Shown: piece after piece, positions 59,031 to 64,000 of the stretch
How the letters are laid out: each line of letters opens with the position of its first letter
How positions within the stretch are numbered: the first letter of the stretch is position 1
Notes under the pieces: generated by a model
What the model was told of the DNA's origin: nothing
The model's input: only the letters and a program-made list of their open reading frames with translations
Databases searched by the model: none
Program-made: the position numbers and the translations under genes
NCBI GenBank assembly: GCA_020536535.1
Contig: JAHLWZ010000860.1
Coordinates: 6,247-70,246, forward strand
Origin: Pelomyxa schiedti
Taxonomy: Eukaryota > Protista > Evosea
DNA: 64,000 nucleotides
Direction: 5' to 3'

Positions 59031-59536
59031 TTATGGGGGTTCGTGTGTTGAGGCCACTTTTGACTTGAGGGTTCTGGTTCTGCTCAACTTCGAAAGTGAC
59101 CTGCCATTCTCATTGGTTCTTGGAGATGATTTCTTGAGCATTTCACGGGCCACTTTGGACCGTGCTGGGATGAGTTGAGTGTGTGACCTTACAATGTGCC
59201 ATTATGTTCTGCTGGGACTATCTTTTCCATCTGTCTCACAGAGCTCCTAGGACTTGTTGTTGGAGCTATGTCAGTTAGTTGGAACTTTGATTTGCCCCCG
59301 GGGTACCACCTCGCCATCCGCCGTGTTGATGAGTCAAGTATCAATTCCCCTTGTTCAATGCATAGTGCCTAATATGACACCAAAAACCAAAAACAAAACC
59401 AAAAGCCCACTGTGCATGGTGTGCCCACGCCGACACAAAGCTCAAACTATGTGGCAAATGTCGCCGCCGTAAATACTGTTCTGTGGAGTGCCAGAAGGCA
59501 CACTGGCCTTTTCATAAGCGGCAATGCAATTCCCAT
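59031..59536 (-). CDS. Possible small spliced hypothetical gene missed by the ORF track
   Basis: GT-AG splicing gives an open product MGIALPLMKRPVC...ALCIEQGELILDSSTRRMARWYPGG...KVASTHEPP*. No known motif, and one required intron is only ~30 nt. Confidence 0.3.
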
Positions 59537-59670
59537 TGATTAGCCAGACAAAGTAGAACTCGTGATTTTACTGTACTGCACTCCACCCAGCCGCCTTTTC
59601 CCACGAGATAGCGACACGTGTACCCCACACAAAGTTCCGTTTCCAGGAAAGAAAAACAAAGTGAAACGAA

Positions 59671-62279
59671 ATGCGCCGTATCTTGGAAGCGGTGTGGGGC
59701 CGGGGAAGTACTAGGGCGGCGTCGGGGTTCGACGACGCCAAGTACACCCGCAAGACCAACATGCTGCGCCGCGTCGCGTCGGTCTTATTCGCCTGCGTTG
59801 TCATTTGCGTGTTCCTCGTCTCGGAGGAGCCCCCTCCCCGCGTCCCAGAAAACCAACAGCAGCAGCAGCAACAAGCGGCCGAGCCGCCGAGCAAGGTGCG
59901 GCTCAGCGTGGCCGGGCTGTTCTCTTGGGAGCCGCGGGAGACCTACATGAGCGAAAACGCGCTGAACCCGGGCACCGCTGCTGTGGACCAGCAAAGCACG
60001 TCGGACGCAGCGAGGCTGGCGTCGAGGCTAACGAACAGCTACGTAGCGTCTCTGTCTGTTGGCAATTCCGTGGCGGGAACGACGGGTGGGGGGCCACTTT
60101 TCTCCGACGAGAGGTCAGTGTCAGTGTCAGTGTCAGTGTCAGTGTGTGTTGGTTTCCTGTTCGTTCAATTGGGTGACATAATGTGTTGATCACACACACT
60201 CACTCTTGCACCAAGTGATGCAGCTGCCAAGATGGTAATTACCGAGCTTAAGGCCCTTGGAATCGAAACACACCACTTTGAATACACCCAGGATATCGGT
60301 GGTCAACTTCTCAAGGCAACTTGACACAACACATTTTTCCCAGTGACATTCTCCAGGGAGAGAGCGACCCTCACAAGTGGAATGTAGTGTGCGGCATAAT
60401 ACGGGCCCCAAAGGGTGATGGAAAGGAGGCACTTGCAATAACCTCGCACTTTGATGTAGGACTTCACAAGAAGGCCAAAATACTTCCTACATCCGTATCT
60501 GGTGTAGGCCTCACATTGGCTCTTGCTAGCCTGTTAAAACGTATTCCAATATCTTATTGTCGAGTTATAATGCCCACTTATAGAACAGAAATGGCTTGCC
60601 AAAGATATCATATTCGCCATTGGTGACAACAAGGAGGCGATTGGAGTTTGGCTGGAAGACTACGTAGAACGAAAATCTGTGTAAAGTTGCCACATCTTAT
60701 CGTACTCTCTCATATCTGTAGAGGTGGAAAAATCCAGGCAGCTTTATGCCTCGACTTCCCTCCTTCTCAATTTTTTTCAAGGCTTCAACTCATTCCATGT
60801 AGAATTTCGGTCCTGGTTTGAATTTAGGTTAATACTTTACAGATGGCATCAGTGGCCAGCTTCCAAACTTGGATTTATTGAATACACTCGAGAGATTGTG
60901 GAATGATGACTCTATCACCCTCCTTCCAGTCCATCATAAAATTGGAAATCACACTGTGGCTGAACGTTCACTTCAAGTTGTATCAAATTGTTGGCACGGA
61001 TTTTTGGCTCTAGTCTGCCCCCAATTTCAAACGTTATTCCATTTCATGTCTCAGCAAGCTATTGGTGTTCCAACGGGTGATCATTCATATTTCATCAAGT
61101 ATCCATGCATTCTTCTTCTGTACAAACTCAAGTCCTGTCATCAGGTATCATATTGAGGCTGTCACATTATCCATCCATCCCGACTCCAAAGCAAGGATAC
61201 AGCCAGTCTATTTTATTAGGTCTATTAGCTGTTGTGCGCTTTGTACCAACTAACCCCGGCAGACTTGTACTCGGAGCATTAAGAAGCCTTAATAATGTGT
61301 TGGAGCCACTCCATCAATCCTTTTATTACTACTTGCTACTCTCTCCAAATCTGTATACATCGATCGGAAACTACATGATTATAATTTGCGTCCTTCTTGC
61401 TCCGCTTATTTTTGAGGTTTTTTCTCCCTAGAACTTAGTACCAGGACTTATATTTGACAGATACTATGGCATGTTTTCAAGGGGCACCCAGAGTGGCGTT
61501 TGGACATTCCAGCTAGTTTTTCCACCTTGATTTGTGCTGTTTTAGCGCACACTGTAGGGCTGTTGATATATGTAGCACTGCGATTTTTGTTTCAACAAAC
61601 AATTACTTGGCCTGTATGGTTGAATTATCCACACCATGAAACCCCCTGCATTACTTATAATTACAACAAAAATAAAAAGATATATGTGTGGTTGATATCA
61701 ATGGCCATAGCATGCTTAGTGGCTCCAGTCCTCATGGCATTTACAGTACTTATTCCAGGTTTGAAAGCTACTAGCATTCCAGCAGATCCGCTTGAAGTAC
61801 CACTCACTCCTCTGGAGCAACAGAATCATCACATGCACCTCTTCTCATTCGTTGTCCCTTGCTGCTTCCTGATGTCACTTTCTCTAGTGAACATTTCCTT
61901 CTGTGCATTTGCTGCCGTGTTTCTAGTTCCCCTTGCCGTGTTCCTTGCCCCGATGGAGCGTGGTATATCTACAGACACACACCCCCGCAAGAACCGAGTA
62001 CTTCTTCTTGTCAAGATCGTCGTGGCTATTCTCACTTCTCCACCTGTTCTTATTGCGTTCGCTTGCACTGCGGCCTGGTGGAATTTTTCTACTGGATTTG
62101 AGGAGGTATTGGAAGCACTAGTATATATTCTTCGTGTAGCAGAACAACAGCATTCTTTGTACAACACCCTCTGGGTTCCCTTTTCACTACTTGTTTATCT
62201 ACCTTTGAACCTCCTCCTTCTGAGCCAACTACTGGTTGCTTTCTTCTTTGCTCCACAACAAAAACGAAAGCTAGAATGA
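59671..62279 (+). CDS. GAA1: GPI transamidase component GAA1/GPAA1
   Basis: RETYMSENAL.PG, GIIRAPKGDGKEA, WLAKDII, GQLPNLDLLN, QAIGVPTGDH..F..YHIEAVTL, RSLNNVLEPLHQSFYYYLL, and a multi-pass TM C-terminus. Confidence 0.95.
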
Positions 62280-62359
62280 TCAAAAGAAAGAATTTGCACC
62301 TTTCAAGCCCTTTATCTCTTGTAATTTAAAATACATTATGGATTTCGTTTGTGTTTACT

Positions 62360-63196
62360 TCAAAGCATGGAGCAGCCACCCTTCTTGACCTTCTTGGTGG
62401 GTTTTGGTTGAGCACGGCGGATTTCGCGCACAAGTTCAAAGAAAGAGTTCTCTACATTGATTCGTGTGCGAGCAGATGTCTCCCTAGTAAGAGGTCAGTA
62501 CATAATTTTACTTTTTAAGGCTAGTGGCTACTAATAATTAAATTGTTTGTGGAGCGTGGATAAATGAGGGAAGAATATACATGAAAGGGCATCCCCAGGA
62601 CTTCGCAAGCTCAGACCCCTCAGCAGAGGTGACTTTACGCTCGGGCTCCAAATCGCACTTGTTTCCACAAAGTACCATTGGTACTTTGTCCTTATCCTTG
62701 GAGCGGAGGATTTGCTCCCTATTGCGATGTCAGCTAAAGAAGAAAGAGTGAGGAAGCGTTCATACTTGAATGTGGTAATCTCATCAAAGGAATTCCTCGA
62801 GGTGATAGAGAATATGCACAAGAACCCCTCGCCAGTGCGCATGTACTGGTCCCTCATTGCGCTGTACTCCTCTTGCCCAGCTGATAAAAATAAGTATGTA
62901 ATCAAAATATGTGTATATTATTATTAAAGTGATGCAAGAAAACAAAGAATAAATAATGAGTACCTGTATCGAGGATGTCGAGGAGGCACGTTGGTTCACT
63001 GTCAATAGCAACTTGTTTGCGATACGAATCCTCAATTGTGGGATCGTATTCTGTAATATTGGAATTAGAAATGAAGCCACTTAGAGGAGGGGGTCTAACC
63101 GTCAATGAAGTGGTTCTGGATGAACTGGATTGTCAGGGCTGATTTGCCAACACCACCTCCACCGACAACAACGAGTTTGTACTCCATCTGTGCCAT
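62360..63196 (-). CDS. ras: Canonical Ras GTPase with CAAX box
   Basis: [45 protein letters not shown]...[25 protein letters not shown]...GNKCDL...ETSA...[11 protein letters not shown]; four introns. Confidence 0.97.
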
Positions 63197-63399
63197 TTCT
63201 GCTGTCTTTTGTTTGCTTGTTTTGTTGTACTGCCGCTTGTTTGTGTCTTGTCTTTTTGTAAGTTGCAGTGGTTTTTTCTCCTTATCACCAGATTTTTTTT
63301 CGTTTGAAGGGCATTCTTTGTATCGGCGAGGCGTGAAGGTTCCCTTTTTAGAACCCGATCTCCTTAGTACCAGGGGTTAGGGCTGGACGCTGGACGAAG

Positions 63400-64000
63400 A
63401 CGTGTTTTGTATTCCAATACGTCTCCATCCCGTCTCTCGGAAGGAAAAAAACAACTCGACGAAGGGTTGGCAGAGAAAGTGCAGACGCTAAGCGACGACC
63501 GCACATCGGGGGGCGAGGGGCCGCGGCAAAAGAGGCACCGCAACAACAACGACAACAGCAGCTCGACAGCTGTACCTGCTGCCGCTACCCCACAGCACGC
63601 CCAGCAGCCTCGGGACGGCACTGGCGGGAGCAGTGGCAACAACGCAGCCGCAAGTGGCGGGGGCGGGGGGCAGCAGGGCGCAGGGGAGGGACGGGGACAG
63701 GGACGGGCAGGGCGCAGGAGGATTGCGGGCTGGTAGGGGGAGTGGGCCTGGGGGCGGTAGTGAGAATGGGGGACGCGGAGGGGTGATTTGTAATCACAAG
63801 AGGGAGAGGGTGGGCGAGTTTGTCAAGGGTGCCATTGTGTACTTGGACCACATGGCGTCTGATGCTGAGAAGGTGTCGGGGGGGTGATCATACAAAGAGA
63901 GAGGGGGATTTACCTTCTTGGTGATGACAGGCTTTCATCTCATCAGCTGGCATTTGCTACACCTGGTCTCAAGTGTGAGAAATCGAAAAAGAAAAACAGA
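63400..64000. other. GC-rich, coding-like fragment at the right edge; strand and frame unresolved
   Basis: GC-rich low-complexity sequence with several overlapping ORFs and minus-strand GT..AG intron-like segments near 63870-63915. Confidence 0.3.

Noticed and set aside
63790-63890. SCFD2-like VKGAIVYLD on the + strand, or a peroxisomal PTS1 at a minus-strand stop
   Set aside because: The + frame stops at 63887 without further support, and the minus-strand end reads SLL*, not SKL/SRL.
1-64000. Transposon, retroelement or viral insertion
   Set aside because: No transposase, reverse transcriptase, integrase or capsid motifs, terminal repeats or target-site duplications were recognised.

Overview
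Gene-dense eukaryotic (protist) DNA with many short GT-AG introns of about 40-60 nt. The intron style, GC-rich first exons and gene content suggest an amoebozoan, possibly an archamoeba (inference, not a database result). I can support about 20 protein-coding genes and found no rRNA, tRNA, CRISPR array or transposase. Housekeeping genes: Trk/HKT K+ transporter, NAP1, GAA1/GPAA1, canonical Ras, a class II HDAC. Unusual genes: (1) two independent beta-propeller + F-box + small-GTPase fusions (RCC1-F-box-Arf; Kelch-F-box-Ras) whose GTPase domains have lost catalytic/switch residues, candidate SCF receptors with integrated GTPase decoys; (2) a tandemly duplicated pair of giant genes (Pro-rich / helical / atypical PI4K-HipA-like kinase / LRR / ankyrin array) with mosaic divergence, flanking an intronless ARM-like + UBR-like Zn-finger gene; (3) an LRR gene made of 14 symmetric one-repeat exons (13 x 84 nt, 1 x 87 nt); (4) an ADD-like finger fused to the HDAC; (5) bacterial-looking enzymes (family II PPase-like, GNAT, hemerythrin-like). 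Exon boundaries were read by eye and domain calls rest on recognised motifs, not on database searches.
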